NCBI GenBank assembly: GCA_051362555.1
Contig: CM120649.1
Location: forward strand, 7,564,001 to 7,628,000
Reading direction: 5' to 3'
DNA: 64,000 nt
From: Lingula anatina
Lineage: Eukaryota; Animalia; Brachiopoda
Both the position numbers and the translations under genes were made by a program. Of this stretch, positions 1 through 12,969 are shown in pieces. The notes under the pieces are model-generated. The model did not search any database, was not told the DNA's origin, and saw only the letters and a list, made by a program, of their open reading frames with translations. Numbering within the stretch: position 1 is the first letter of the stretch; every line of letters starts with the position of its first letter.

Positions 1-474
1 TGTCAGTACATAATGTATTTCCCCTATGAATAGCGTCTGTTGTTCAAGCAGTCTCGACTCTGCTTTGTCTCCTTTGATCCCGGCCTTTTGTAAAGTGCAG
101 TATAACCTGCCAAACAGCAATAATAACTCTGCTACAATACACATTTTAGATGCCAAAAAGGGAGGTACCCCATTAAGTTATAAAATTTCCAGCACTATGT
201 TTTTTCCCTAGTCTGATGTATGTGCAGTCATGGCCTAGAGGAACAGGTTGATACTGCGATACTGTGTCTTAGTCAGTGGCATCTGGGTATCAAGAACTAC
301 AACAGTTACGCAAAATACTTAACTATGACTGGATAAAAACTGTCGATGATTGAGATAAGTCAATATGCATATATATAAACTAGAAGGTATCTTTACTTCC
401 AGCAACCTCTATTGAAAGACAAGATGCCCACTAGCCAAGACTTGTGAACGGCCAGTCATTGTCCAGTTATAGCC

Positions 475-2821
475 ATGATCTCAGTGTTCAGTTTGGTCAT
501 CTTGGCTACAATAGCCACTGGTCAGCACATATGTGACAACCAAGACACACAGAGGTGAGATCCCACATTTTTTTTCCCTTCTTAGCTTGTTTATGTGACA
601 AGGTATATGTCTATAAGAAAAGAAACGGTAAAACTTAAGTGAAATCAGAATTAGCCTTTAACTGCATTTTCTTACAAATATAACATTTAACTCTTTATTT
701 GAGAAGGGGGGGAAACTAAAGACACTAAAAACCAAACTAGCACAATCATCCAATTCAAAAATTAAACAAGATCTTTTTTTGATATCTGCCTCTACTTTTA
801 TTACATGAAGTCATTCACGCAGGCGTGTCCTGAGGTGACTAGACACAAAGAGGGGTCACAAAGTGCAGCACGACTAGACAGAAAGTTCTGATAGTCTCTT
901 ATCACTGTCTGTATCTTCACAGTGTCACAGAAAACAGTCACCCCAGCCCCCACAGTCTGAACCTAGGTGCATAGGATAACTTGTATAATTTGACAGAACA
1001 GACAATCTACATATAACAGATTAAATGATGGTATTTCTTTTAGATATTGTACATAACATACCAATATACCAGGCTGCTGTGTTATCTATGATATTATAAC
1101 TGTGTTGCCACAAAAAAAAAAAAACAGACCTCTCCCCCCCCCCAAACTCATACCTCATCTAAAAACCCAGGTATTGTGGACATATCTCATGTCACCTGCA
1201 CCTGTATGGTAAGTTAAGTTTCAGACCCCCCTGCCTCCTCCCCACACTTCAGGTGAATGTTTAAGTCAGGGCTTTTCCCAAGATTGGGACAGGCCGTCCA
1301 AAATTACCACCTGTAATTTCCTACAAAATTTCTGAGAGTCCAAGTATGCCTAAAGCCATCATATTTTCAAAAAAAAACAAAAAAACATAAGCTGTCCAGT
1401 GATACTGGCAGCTGTCCAGATGACGGCTGGACGGTTTGCTGATAAAACCCCTTGGTTTAAGTGTGTCTCATGTCACCAATGTCTATTCCAGGGCCAACCA
1501 ACCTGTCACTTCTATACCAGATTACAGAGTGTATGTGTACGACCTCCCGCTGCGGTTCACCTCTGACCTCCTGAACTGTGCCAATCTACGCAACTACTGC
1601 TTTGACCTGCTCCACCAAGGCATGGGAGAGCAGCTGTACCAAGATGGCCCCTTGAGTATACGTGACACCCACCAGTTCTCACTAGAGGTCCTTATGCATC
1701 ATAAACTCATGCACAGTACACAGCGCACAAACAACCCCAGTGAGGCGGACCTATTCTACATCCCTTTCTATAGTGCTCTTACATGTTTTTGTCGTCAGGG
1801 GGACTATGATCAGCTGGAGCAACTGTATGCATACCTAAGAGGTGAGTGGGGGGAGCACTTCCCCTCCAAGCCTCACTTTGGTATTTTGTCTAAGATAGAG
1901 CGTGAGCAGTACTCTATTAACTGCCCCACATTGAGGCACCCAGACAGCCGCCTGGTCACCTGGGTGGGGATAGAGCAGGAAGTGGTAGAAAACAACAGGA
2001 AGTACTATAACGTGACAGGAGAGCTGGTTGTGGCCCCCTACCCCTCCTATGGACATTTTATACAGGAGGAGAATATCACCGCCCCCGCACTGCACTCCTG
2101 GCTGTACAACCACACCAGGACAGTGAAGGTCTTCATGGCTGCAGGAGAACGCAGGTCCAATCCATTTCGTAACCTCATCTTGGATCAGTTCCCGCCTGCC
2201 ACTGTTGTTAGCTACACTGAGCACAAGGCGGCAAGAGGCCGTGGAGAGGAGACGGAGATGGTGTGGCTGAAGACACCAGAGTGCCAGGGAAGGCACAGGA
2301 ACACCACCATGCTGTGGATGAAACATGCCGTGTTCTGTGTACAACCGTCAGGCGACTCACCAACAAGGAAATCTTTCTACGACGCCATCTTGTCTGGCTG
2401 CATTCCTGTGATATTCGAATTCAAAAACAAAGTGAAGTATCCTTTCAGTGCCAGCATCGACTACTCCAAGTTCACGGTCAGTATTCCAGAGGAGAACATC
2501 AAGGCAGGGGTCAGCATCCTTCACGTCCTGAATAGGGTGACCAGTGACCAGATACAAGACATGCAAAGACACCTGGTGGCCGCAGCACCACTGCTGCAGT
2601 ACTCGTACCCTCCACTCACCAGGGGGCACCACGATGCTGTAGACATGATACTCCACGAAATCGCAAATAATGTTTTTCATAAAGATAACAGCACAGCAAA
2701 TACAGCTGAGGGGAACAAAGGCAATATAAATCAAACAATTCAGTCTACAGACAATTTGGATCCTACATCTAATACACAGTCATTAGCCTCAAATTCCAGG
2801 GATTCCCATGATGAACTGTGA
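475..2821 (+). CDS. GT47/exostosin-family glycosyltransferase (MUR3/KATAMARI1-like), 2 coding exons: 475-554 and 1492-2821
   Basis: Exon 1 encodes hydrophobic MISVFSLVILATIATG (signal peptide or anchor) and ends AG|gtgag. It joins in phase to ttccag|G at 1492 (AG+G = Arg, then ANQPV). GT47 motifs: YRVYVYDLP, THQFSLEVLMH, ADLFYIPFY, FCVQPSGDSPTRKSFYDAILSGCIPVIF. The tracked ORF start at 1436 is intronic. Confidence 0.85.
1267..1454. mobile_element. hAT-like MITE in the GT47 intron
   Basis: 8-bp direct repeat GTTTAAGT at 1259-1266 and 1455-1462; imperfect TIRs CAGGGCTTTTC ... GATAAAACCCCTTG. Confidence 0.6.
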
Positions 2822-2859
2822 TAATCATTACAACAATAATTACCAACTTTATAACTTGA

Positions 2860-3055
2860 TTAAAATGGAAGAAATGATACAAATTAAGTGAAGGGTGCAT
2901 TTTTCCAAAAAGGTTTATTTTTGTCAAATAAAAATACAGCATTCAGTTTTAACTTTATTTAAATGGAAGATATGATACAATAGAAAGCACTTATGTGTCT
3001 GAAGGTTGCATTTTTCCCAAAAAGGGAAAAATTATTTTTTTGTCAAATAAAACAA
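2860..3055. repeat. Degenerate ~100-bp tandem duplication in the GT47 3' UTR, including AATAAA signals
   Basis: AAATGGAAGA.ATGATACAA ... GAAGG.TGCATTTTTCC.AAAAGG ... TTTTGTCAAATAAAA occurs twice. Confidence 0.6.
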
Positions 3056-4306
3056 AAGCATTTCAGAAATATTAGTTGTTTTTGAATAAATTACTCTTTC
3101 AGATGTCACTGCCCTCCCTTCCAAACTGATAATCAAATCCCATTTCAGACCTAGTATGTTAGGTGAGACAGCACAACCAGCACAATCCTCACCCAGAGAC
3201 ATCACTGCCACCTGTCTGCTTACAACATAATAAAAAGTTCTATATAATTTAAGCCTGTCTAACTGCTAATTATTTAAAGATAAACATTTAGATTGAAATT
3301 TAAGTAATCTAATATCAGGAGGGTCAATTTCAAGTGCAGGTTAACTTAATTTTCCTGAGAATTTTAAGGAGCTACCAGCTGAAGTCGGGTAAAAACCGGA
3401 TCACATAACGCACAGATTTAATGACCATACGCATTCCTTAATGTGAAATCAAGTCAAGACATTCTAGCTAAGTACATTTATTCAACCGTTTGTGTTAGCT
3501 ACTTGTGGAAGCATCTCACTTGTTCCTTTCAGTGTTAAATGGCCTAATATTGACAGTGCCATTCAATACAATGTGACCAATACCTTCAATATTTTCTTAA
3601 AGATCCCTATTAACTAGGACAGCAAGGATTTTACATAATAAAAATCTTCTCATCTTCAGTAGTTTGTGAATACTTGATACATTATTTTGCCACTGGTCCA
3701 ACTCAAGAGAACTGCCTTCCTATTGGATTTTGACTGGAGTCCGGGATTTGTTTACCATTGTAATACCATTAGACCAACAGAGCTGTGTACACACTTCATG
3801 AGACTGTTTACTCTCTCACTCAGCACTCACCATCAATTAGATAATATTGATGATGTTTTCCTTCCAGAAATCAATGTAAGGACACAGCAAGCCTGATCTG
3901 AGGTACAGCTTTTATCTACAGCATCGGCAGATAATGAGAAATAACTGACAGACCGTGACAAAGAAACCAATTGTAAAAACAGCACGTTCAATTAAAGGAT
4001 ACTCTGATAATCTAATTGGCATATGGGGTTCTGGTATTAGAATGTTACAGATTTGCAGGAGTGCACATGCACATACATATGAGAAACTATATTATGTAAA
4101 CATATAAATCTACACAGTTCACCTATAAATAAAATATACACGTCCTCACAGTAGTCATATGTGTTTACTTATAGCATCACCAATGTTTTGCCTCCTCACA
4201 GCTGTTAGCAGTGGGCAGCACAGGAGAGAAAATCAATGTTCCTGCTCACCAACATTCTGTATTAACCTGTATCATCTGTCAGTAATATAACATGTCTGAC
4301 CACAGC

Positions 4307-4311
<5 letters not shown>

Positions 4312-4351
<40 letters not shown>
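4312..4351. repeat. (GT)n microsatellite
   Basis: Seen directly. Similar CA/GT runs lie at ~10707-10757, ~33977-34013 and ~62076-62111. Confidence 0.95.
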
Positions 4352-4355
<4 letters not shown>

Positions 4356-5595
4356 ACGTATGTGTACATGTGCTTAAATGTGTACCCAATCTCTGAGAAA
4401 GAAAAGCCTATCTCTAATTCACAAGAGACTTCACATTCCCTTCAAAATGTCATAACCCCAGTCAACACTATCTATTTCTATTCCTCCATATTAAGATACT
4501 GACCAGGAGTGCTGCTTCCCATCTGTATCAGTACTAAAACTGTGGATGCCCTCCACTCACCATGTCTGGATCTGTTGGACATTGCTCCACGAAAATATCT
4601 TAAGTTACTTAGACTCTACTGGCTAAGTTGTATTTCATTCTTAAAGACTGTTTACCTGGTTTTATGTCCAAAATTTTAGCAGCTAGCTTTAAGTTTTAGC
4701 CCCCTCACCCCTGACGAGTTTTTTTAATAACTAGTGGATAAATGAGTGCATAAATAATTTTTGTTCAGTACACACCTTCTGCAAGAGACACTGCCATTAT
4801 CTCTTAGAGTGTTAAAGAAATATCTTAAAAATTTCTCTTGAAAACAAAAAAAAAAAAAAAAAAAACGGAATGCAACAACATAATTTTTTAACACTTGTCT
4901 AATTTCTAAACAAGCAGACATTTTCTCATTACTTTGTTCATGAATCCAATTGTATCAAAATACTTTCCTTTTAAGTTGAAAACATAATTCATTGAGGTTT
5001 TCTGTGATTCCTTTATTAATAAATGTTCATTCTTGACCAAAAAATGCCATGAGCTGACATGTCCTGAAAGGTTTTCTACCTCTTTAATTTTAAAAGAGTC
5101 CAGCAAGCGAGTGAGTGCAGACTACTATAGAAAACAAAACTAAAATTTACGATCATTTGTTGACTATTTTTTTCCAGTAGTAGGCTACAGCCTAGTGGGC
5201 CTTGTTAAGACAAGTAGCTGAAATAAGAATCTAAAGATGTCAGATTTTTAGTCAAAAGGGGGGGGGGGGGGGGGGGGGGGGGTCTGGTAGCTGTGTAGTA
5301 CAGCCTGAGCACACAGACTTGCCCACCACAGTTCCTATAATAAAAATCAATAGCACACAATGGGCAGCAATGGCTCTCTGCCACCATCTACAGGAGAAAC
5401 TGCTGTGTTTGTTGTTTTGTGGCAAGAAACATTATTGGATCTTTTGGCTCAGTTAATGTAGCAGAAGTTGTTTGGACAGGCAGTTAGCCAGTAAGCCAAT
5501 GTCAGACATTGACAATTTATCTAACAGAAAAGGATTTATCATAATCATCATATATATGATATATGAAATTGGTTGTAGATAAATACATAGCATAA

Positions 5596-5852
5596 GGGAC
5601 CATTCCCAGACCCCATTGTACTAACTGGGAATCGATCTATCTCCGAGGGGATTCTTGCTAAATTGCAATCAACTTAAGTGGCTTAGATGTCTGTCATGCT
5701 TACTGAAGCTGCTCGGCTTAATTAGTTATCGTTTAGCAGCTTCAGTAGACATGCCAGACATGTAAGCTTCTTAAGCTGAAAGCAATTTAGCAAGAAACCC
5801 TTTGCAGATGGATTGATCCTGTTAGATCGATCGAGGTATGGGAGCCCAGCCT
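5596..5852. mobile_element. Palindromic (foldback) MITE; partial second copy at ~61920-62045
   Basis: Long imperfect inverted arms: TTCTTGCTAAATTGC/GCAATTTAGCAAGAA and ACTGAAGCTGCT/AGCAGCTTCAGT. The right arm (TTATCGTTTAGCA...CTTAAGCTGAAAGCAATTTAG...GATCCTGTTA) recurs at ~61945-62022. Confidence 0.7.
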
Positions 5853-5927
5853 AAGTCTAAACATCCCAAGTTAGTGCCAAATCCATCCCATCTCTATCCC
5901 ACCTCTATCCCACCTTCATTTACTCAC

Positions 5928-6023
5928 CGGTAGCTGAAATATCTGCTCAGAGTCATCTAACATGAGAACTTTGATGTTCATCATCTTCCCGCCCTTCTGT
6001 GGGCTGGCATTCCCAGTGCTCAT
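5928..6023 (-). CDS. FARP2: First coding exon of a FERM-domain gene, FARP1/FARP2 (Cdep)-like; gene continues past the left edge
   Basis: Minus strand reads MSTGNASPQKGGKMMNIKVLMLDDSEQIFQLP|gtgagt, resembling the FARP FERM F1 start (human FARP1 GKLVSIKIQMLDDTQEAFEVP, from memory). Acceptor ttttag at 6079-6080. I found no next FERM exon in 1-5927. Absent from the ORF track because it is under 60 aa. Confidence 0.7.
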
Positions 6024-6743
6024 TGTGGAGGCTTACTTAGGATGCGGTTTGTCTTGCCATAACAATGACATCTTGTGGCTAAAAAACAGAAAAATATCAT
6101 TACAATTAATGACAAATACTGATGGTCCGTTGATGTGATTGATTTCTAGGCTCACATTTAATCACTTCTCATTGTTGAGTCTATTCTTTATTCTGTATCA
6201 AAATGGGGCCAAAATATGATTCATACTGGATCCATACACAGTCAAATGCATGTTGTCTGCCAAACTGGCCACTTCTAACCATGGAACTAGAAAAGTAGAA
6301 AGAGGAGAGAACTAGAACCTAAAGATCAGTTACTGTAGCAGCCAAAGCAGTATCAAGCTATTGGTATTTGAATGCCAGTAAAATTCTATGTAAAGGAATT
6401 GGGAGAAAAGATACTTTAAGCTCTTGGACAATGCCAATAAGTATAGACTGTTGTGGTTTTTAGAAAATATTGGCCAGAATTCTGGAAAACATGGTAGCAA
6501 CTGCTTTGTCAATTAGAACGGCATTGGCTGCTGAGCTGAAAAACTCATGTAAACCAGGCGAGTTTGAAACTTTACAGCACGGTCCCTCATACCACTAGTC
6601 AGTGCAAACTGTTTGGTTTCTTTCAGTGGAAAAAAAATTTAGCCAGTTAGATGTTTCAAATGTACTCCTTCCCACAAAACCTGTAAAGAAAACAGGCCAT
6701 GCTCCCACTGCAACAGCCAATTCCACTATTCCCTGATTTGTTG

Positions 6744-7092
6744 ACAAGGTGACCCTTCTATGGTCACCATTTCCTGGGCCATAACACAGGTGACCCTTCT
6801 ATGGTCACCATTTCCTGAGGCCATAACACAGGTGACCCTTCTATGGTCACCATTTCTTGATGTGTTGACAAGCTACCCCCCCCCCCCCCCCAATGTAGGC
6901 AGGCTATAACACAGGTGACCCTTTTGTGGCCATGGCCATTCCCTTATACAGTAACCCCCTCCCCGACCCCCCCCCCCCCAGACACAGGTCATACACAGGT
7001 GACCCTTCGGTGGTCACCATTTCCTAATGTGTTGACAAGCCCCCCCCCTCCACCTCTACAGAAATAGGCCATAACACAGGTGACCCTTCTGT
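6744..7092. repeat. Minisatellite of ~40-bp units containing the GGTGACC-N7-GGTCACC palindrome, interrupted by poly-C
   Basis: About 6 copies of ACACAGGTGACCCTTCT(A/G)TGGTCACCATTTCC, progressively degenerate. Confidence 0.85.
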
Positions 7093-10000
7093 GGATAGCA
7101 AACCTGTCTGTTTGGGAAGGATACCTTTTACCTCAAGTACATGATATCAAGTGAAATGCCAGTGTTTTTCTGATGCAGATTAGTGCCAAGTAAAGGTTTC
7201 AACAGTTTAAACTTGAGAGTGGACTTCAAATGTCACTGGGCACCTAACGGAATGCCTTGATAATCAGAATAATGGTAACAGTATTCTAAAATCTTCCATC
7301 TCAGTTCTTTAATCTACGCAATACGCTCGCGATAATCTCAGGCACATGTGGAAATGTGCAGAAAGGGCAAATGAGGGGACTTGTGATTCTCAGTGAATAA
7401 TGGGATGCTCACAGCCAGTATTTTAACCGTCAGACCATGAAACTGCCATTAAATCATCATCACAAACAGATATTCCGTTTATAAGGCCTGTTTTAGCTAG
7501 AACATGCGAATACACAGAACTTGCCAATTTAATACTACATAAAAAAGACATCAAAAACATACATGTATATAGAGAACAAGTTCTGGCAATATGGATATGT
7601 GCATTCCTATTCAAATACTAGTATGTGAATATCTCCATGTGAGCGTTAACAACTCCATGAGAGAAGTTAACACTTTCATGTAAGAAATTAACACCTCCAT
7701 GTGTGAGCGCATTCAGAGCAAGACGATCCGCAGGCTAACAAATCTTTACTCCATGGTGTAATCAGCAGGCCCTTGCATGGACTTCATATGTAAAGGTGGG
7801 GAATCCATCAGGGAATTAGTGGGTATTACTTTTAAGTGCATCGGCCATATTTGATCAGCAGATCTGTTAGTCCATGGATCATCTTGTTCTGAATGTGCTC
7901 TAAGAAGTTAAAAGTTCCACTGCCCTCACACCGTATTCCTGCCAGACTTACAACCTGCTACTTGCTGTGTACATGAACGTATGGCAACCTCTAAGAGATA
8001 TTTACATCCAGATCAGCTCACGCTTCACCTGGAGAAGCCGGCCAAGAGGTCGGTTTACACCCTAGACATACACAGGCTATACTACAGCCCATGCTTAACA
8101 GGTCCAACCAATATTTCTACAGGTGCTCCAGCCTAAGCTTCACAGCATCTATCAACGCCTTTAAAAATGCACCTCCTTCCATTATTTTGGTCGTAAATTG
8201 ATCTATTTATTTGGCCTCCTAGTTCATAAAAATCTGCTAAATGAGGTAGTACTACATGAGCATTGAATAATCATCACGTTTACTCCCACTTATGGATGTA
8301 TAGCTGCGCATGCAAATTGCATACTTATTCAAATGCGATTGCTAATGGATATTTAAAGCACAGAACAAGAGGAAAAAATTCATTCATATATCATTTTTCA
8401 GGAAATGTGAAACAATACCCTAGGTTGTACTAGCTGAAACCATATGGTGGCATTTAGTTGGATTTTATGGCAAAAACATGACTTTAAATGCATCTTTTTA
8501 ATATGAGAATTACTTGAAAATTTCCATATTACGTGAAAATTCCCATAAACTTGTTAATTATGAAAAAGCCTATAAATTAAAACTGTCTCCCCAGTGGGAC
8601 AGCCTCTTAATTACCAGTGCCTGGAATAAGTGATGAATTCCCTTGAATAATAACCAATTAATACTGACTGCAGTCACTACTCAGCACGCAATCAAAGGTG
8701 AATACAGACTGAGCGATTTTCAGCAGGCACCAAAAGACCGAGCTTTTGCATCAAAATAAAGCTAGCAATGCTCACTGTACCCAAGCTGGTTAATGAGCAT
8801 AATGATTCCATGTGGACATCTTCAACTTTGATGTTAAACCAAAACATTCCGGACCTGTACTACAACTGCACCATTGACGTAACCAGGCCCTAAGCACCTT
8901 CAGTCCATCTACTCCCTGTGTGAACATGCCAACAGCCTCTGAATGGAATCTAGTTTTCTACTCCAGAGACTGTGCACTGCTTCTATATCACCGAGAAACA
9001 CAAGCAGCTGTCAGTAAAGTGAGCGGTTCTCAGAGCCGATTTCACACACACTGAGACCAGATGGTGCACTTGACTCTGGCTGAATTATTCAACATTGGTT
9101 TATTCTGTGTAAACTATGGCATTCTATCAGGTTGATGCTGTTTAATATGAAATGAACATCCGAGTCCTATAGTACACATATCTTGGTACACACGTTGGTT
9201 TATTCTGTGTTAAATGTCTGGAAGTGTTTTTATGAGGTACCAACATGAAGGTAACTACAGACTGCTAGACTTCAACAGTGTAACGGCAACTCTACAATAT
9301 TGGCCTTCGAAATCTCACAGATGAATGGCTCTCAAAACACATAGATGGCAAACTGAAACTAGCTTTTGTCACCACAATGATTACACATCTTTGTGATGAA
9401 TCATACTTTGCTCTCGCGACTTTGTTCAAACAGAAAAAAAACACTTTACATTTTCTGTGTTGTGCAACTGGGGTTTCAATTAAGTAGTGCATATCATGTG
9501 TTACGTAATGTAAGCCTAGGTAATATATATATAACAACAGGTAATGTACAGCCAGTTTACTGTTCATAGAAAAGAAGCTGCTGTGACTGATAAAGTGTCC
9601 ACAGACAGTTGGAACATAACAGCTTTTGCTCAACCATCACCCAGCAATGAACTTTTGGACATTCAACACTCATTATATGGGATGCTATTTAGTGATAATA
9701 ATTTGTTAAAATACATCACTCCAATCAGATTCTTGCCAGAATTATGGGCATGAAATGACATGTCTTCTTACCAACTCTCTCACCTCAGCAAGTCAACAGC
9801 TATTCTGGCCACCTCTTCATGCCCCCCCCCCCCCCCCAAAAGCAAAATTCCTTGTCCCTGCTGGCAGCCAACATGGTTTTCCTCTCCCTCAGTAATGATC
9901 AACTCCTGTTCCAATCCATTAGATAAGAATTGATTTTTTCTCGTTCATCACGGCCTCAGGAAATATATCACGTCTGCCACAATACAACATCCACACTGGA

Positions 10001-10494
10001 TTCCATAGGTCCTAATTGATTTTAAGGATAAAATTCCCCCACATCCGCTATCTTTCCCTCGAGCTGTTCAAGTTTAACGCACAACATCTCCGAGGCCACC
10101 TCTGTCTTTAATTCTTTCACTGAAAACATTTTCAGCCAGTTTCATGCAAACACAGCTAGCTCTGTACATGTACAACCAGCTGGATTATCATATCATAAGA
10201 ATGAAGCATGGCAAAATGTATACATGACATAATTTCCCACTCTACTGCAAGCCCCCCCCCCCCCCCCCTCCTCATCCTTACTGACCTCCTATGAAGTCAG
10301 TTCATCCAGCTGACCTGCTGGTACAGGTGGAATAAATAGCCTGGCCATCTGTAGAAACACTTACCTTTCTAAGAACTATGGTCCACTCTATCTAGGCAGA
10401 GGCCAATGACCTCTAGGATTGAGTTTTTCTCTCTCTCACTAATTCTCTGGACTGGAAAATAGAAGAAATGGCAAGTTTACATTTCAGTAAAATG

Positions 10495-10680
10495 CTATAA
10501 TTCTCATCATTTCCACTTTCTTTCCTTGTGGTATTCCTGCAGTTTACAATTTTTGGACAGAATATTATCTACAGCAATAAAGAAATTTTCTATAATTCTC
10601 ATCATTTCCATTTTCTTTTTTTGTGGTATTATTGCAATTTAAAACTTTTTTTGCAGAATATTATCTACAGCAATAAAGAA
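10495..10680. repeat. ~93-bp tandem duplication
   Basis: CTATAATTCTCATCATTTCCA...CAGAATATTATCTACAGCAATAAAGAAA occurs twice. Confidence 0.8.
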
Positions 10681-10703
10681 AGTCCCACACAGAAGCAGGC
10701 ACG

Positions 10704-10758
<55 letters not shown>

Positions 10759-12969
10759 CTTGCACCTACTGCCACAGCTCCTGCAACCCCCCCCCCCTCC
10801 AACTTATCAGATAACCTCCAGAGGTGTCTTAGGCTAATTACACATGATGATAAGATTACAGGTCAACTGTGATTAATAAAACTGATTACAGGTCTCTTAT
10901 GACTTATTACACATGATAAGATGTCCAATAAACTGGGTTCAACATGACATGTATGGGTCACTGAGGAAAGAAGGGGGAGAGTTTCTCCTCAGACTAGAGG
11001 AGAAAACACTGGCAATATCTTCCAGACTCCATTACTTCCCTTCACATACTTTACATGCCATAGCACATGAAAGAAGGTCAAAGTGATCCATTGACCCACT
11101 GACCAAGGAGCAGCCATTAACTGGACACACCTGTGCAGTGTGCTGGTCACTGTGTTAACTGGACACACCTGTGCCATGTACTGGTCACTGTATTAAACTG
11201 TATGACCTTTAAATGGTGTTTGGCAAAATGTCTCCACACACACACGCACATACACACACACACTGTCCCTTTCCTCATAAATCTTCAACCCATCTTTATC
11301 AGTCTACATGACACCCAGTCCACATTCACCTGCAGCTGGAAATCCTAATGCCACACACACCCAGAAAGATAACCCCCCCCCCATTAGCAGGTGTCATACA
11401 CTAACAAGGACACTCACATCCCAAGTCCACTAACTGAACACACGCCACTAACTAACCCCCCTTTCACCTAACACCCCCTGTGCTAGACATGTACTAAAGG
11501 AGTCCAGTAACTGAAACACACAACTCTAGCATATGACTCCAGTGTGAAAACAGAGGAGTTCGGGGTCACCTGGTTAGCTGGCTTCTATTAGGACTGGCAT
11601 TCCACACATTCTACTCTTATTGACTCTACAACAATGAGGAAAGTGGTAGAAAATAAGAGTCAAGTTCTAAATGCTTGTTAAGTTATAACAGTTACTTGAC
11701 GCATGGTACCAGCCAAGGGAGTCAATTGTGAGGCAATCAGTAGGAAGAATGGTTTATAGTGGGAATGCATCTTGGCAACTGATTGGGAAATATTCCACTA
11801 GAAGATGGAGAGGTGGCTGCACAAAGACGATTCTTGATATGAGCCAGTAATATCATATGTACAGTAATGAGCAATTATTACTATAAACCTCAGCCATATC
11901 TGATGTGCCTCAGATGAATGACTGCAGTATTCATAAAAAACAGATTATTGATCCTTACGTAAATTTATTCCATCACTGATAACATAAAAATTGTTGACTG
12001 AGATTATACAGTGATGTGTATTCTCATTTGTATCAGCTACGTAAGAACAGCAGTTTGAGTTAAGAGAGAAAATGAGTTGTCACTTCCACCACAGATGAAA
12101 AATAAACTGTTATCTTGGTTGAACACACTTCCTGCTGACAGCAACTTTCTAAAGACATTGCTCTGGCGAGAAATATGGATATATGATAGACTCAATCTGT
12201 TCCTCATATTCACTTAATTGGCAGTAAGCAAAAGATTTTCTATCTGCCCCTTAGCTATCACCCCACCCCTGCTGTCACCCTGCCCCTCAACTTTTCCTGT
12301 TGTCACCCCACCCCTGCTGTCACCCTGCCCCTCTGCTTTCTCTGCTGTCACCCTACCCCTCAGTTTTCCCCAATGTCATGCCCACCCCTAAGCTTTCACT
12401 CTAGCCCACAACAGAAACAGGTAGTAACTAACTAGTTCATTTTCTAGTTCACAGCCAATCTCACCCACACATTTAACAGAAGTGACCTCAGGCCACCCTT
12501 AAAGGTACATACGAACCAAGCATCGGTGGAGCGTGGATTCCCAGTAACACATGTAAACCACTTCTACGAGTTTCTTACACGACTCTAATAAATTCGACAT
12601 GCCAAGGGATAAACTGAATAAATCACCCGATCAGCCATAAAAGAGCTTAAGAGTGCTCCTTTCTTTAAATTTTTGGTTGTCAATTTAACCTACTTTTGTG
12701 ACCTACTTTTCTGCCCCATTGACATACAGCATAGAATGTTAGCAGAAAAATCTGTTCAAACATCACTTTTGGGTAAAATTAAACAATGCCTTTTGGTAAT
12801 TCTCTTAGTTATACTGCTTGAAACTATATGCTGGCATTTGGTTGGTTTTTGTGACAAAAAATTGACTTTGTATGTATCTTTAAGTTAGACCTCCAGATTT
12901 CAGGTGCCACACTGACCAGTGTAACCTCCAGACCACCTCTCAATGTCCACTACCACACTACACCTGTAA

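Noticed and set aside
1436-1491. TTG-started N-terminus of the 461-aa ORF
   Set aside because: It lies in the intron and partly in a MITE. The real N-terminus comes from the upstream exon 475-554.
1835-2734. Minus-strand ORFs of 125-169 aa; similar ones overlap the ankyrin and SLC16 genes
   Set aside because: They are antisense or alternate-frame shadows of real CDSs with no domain signal.
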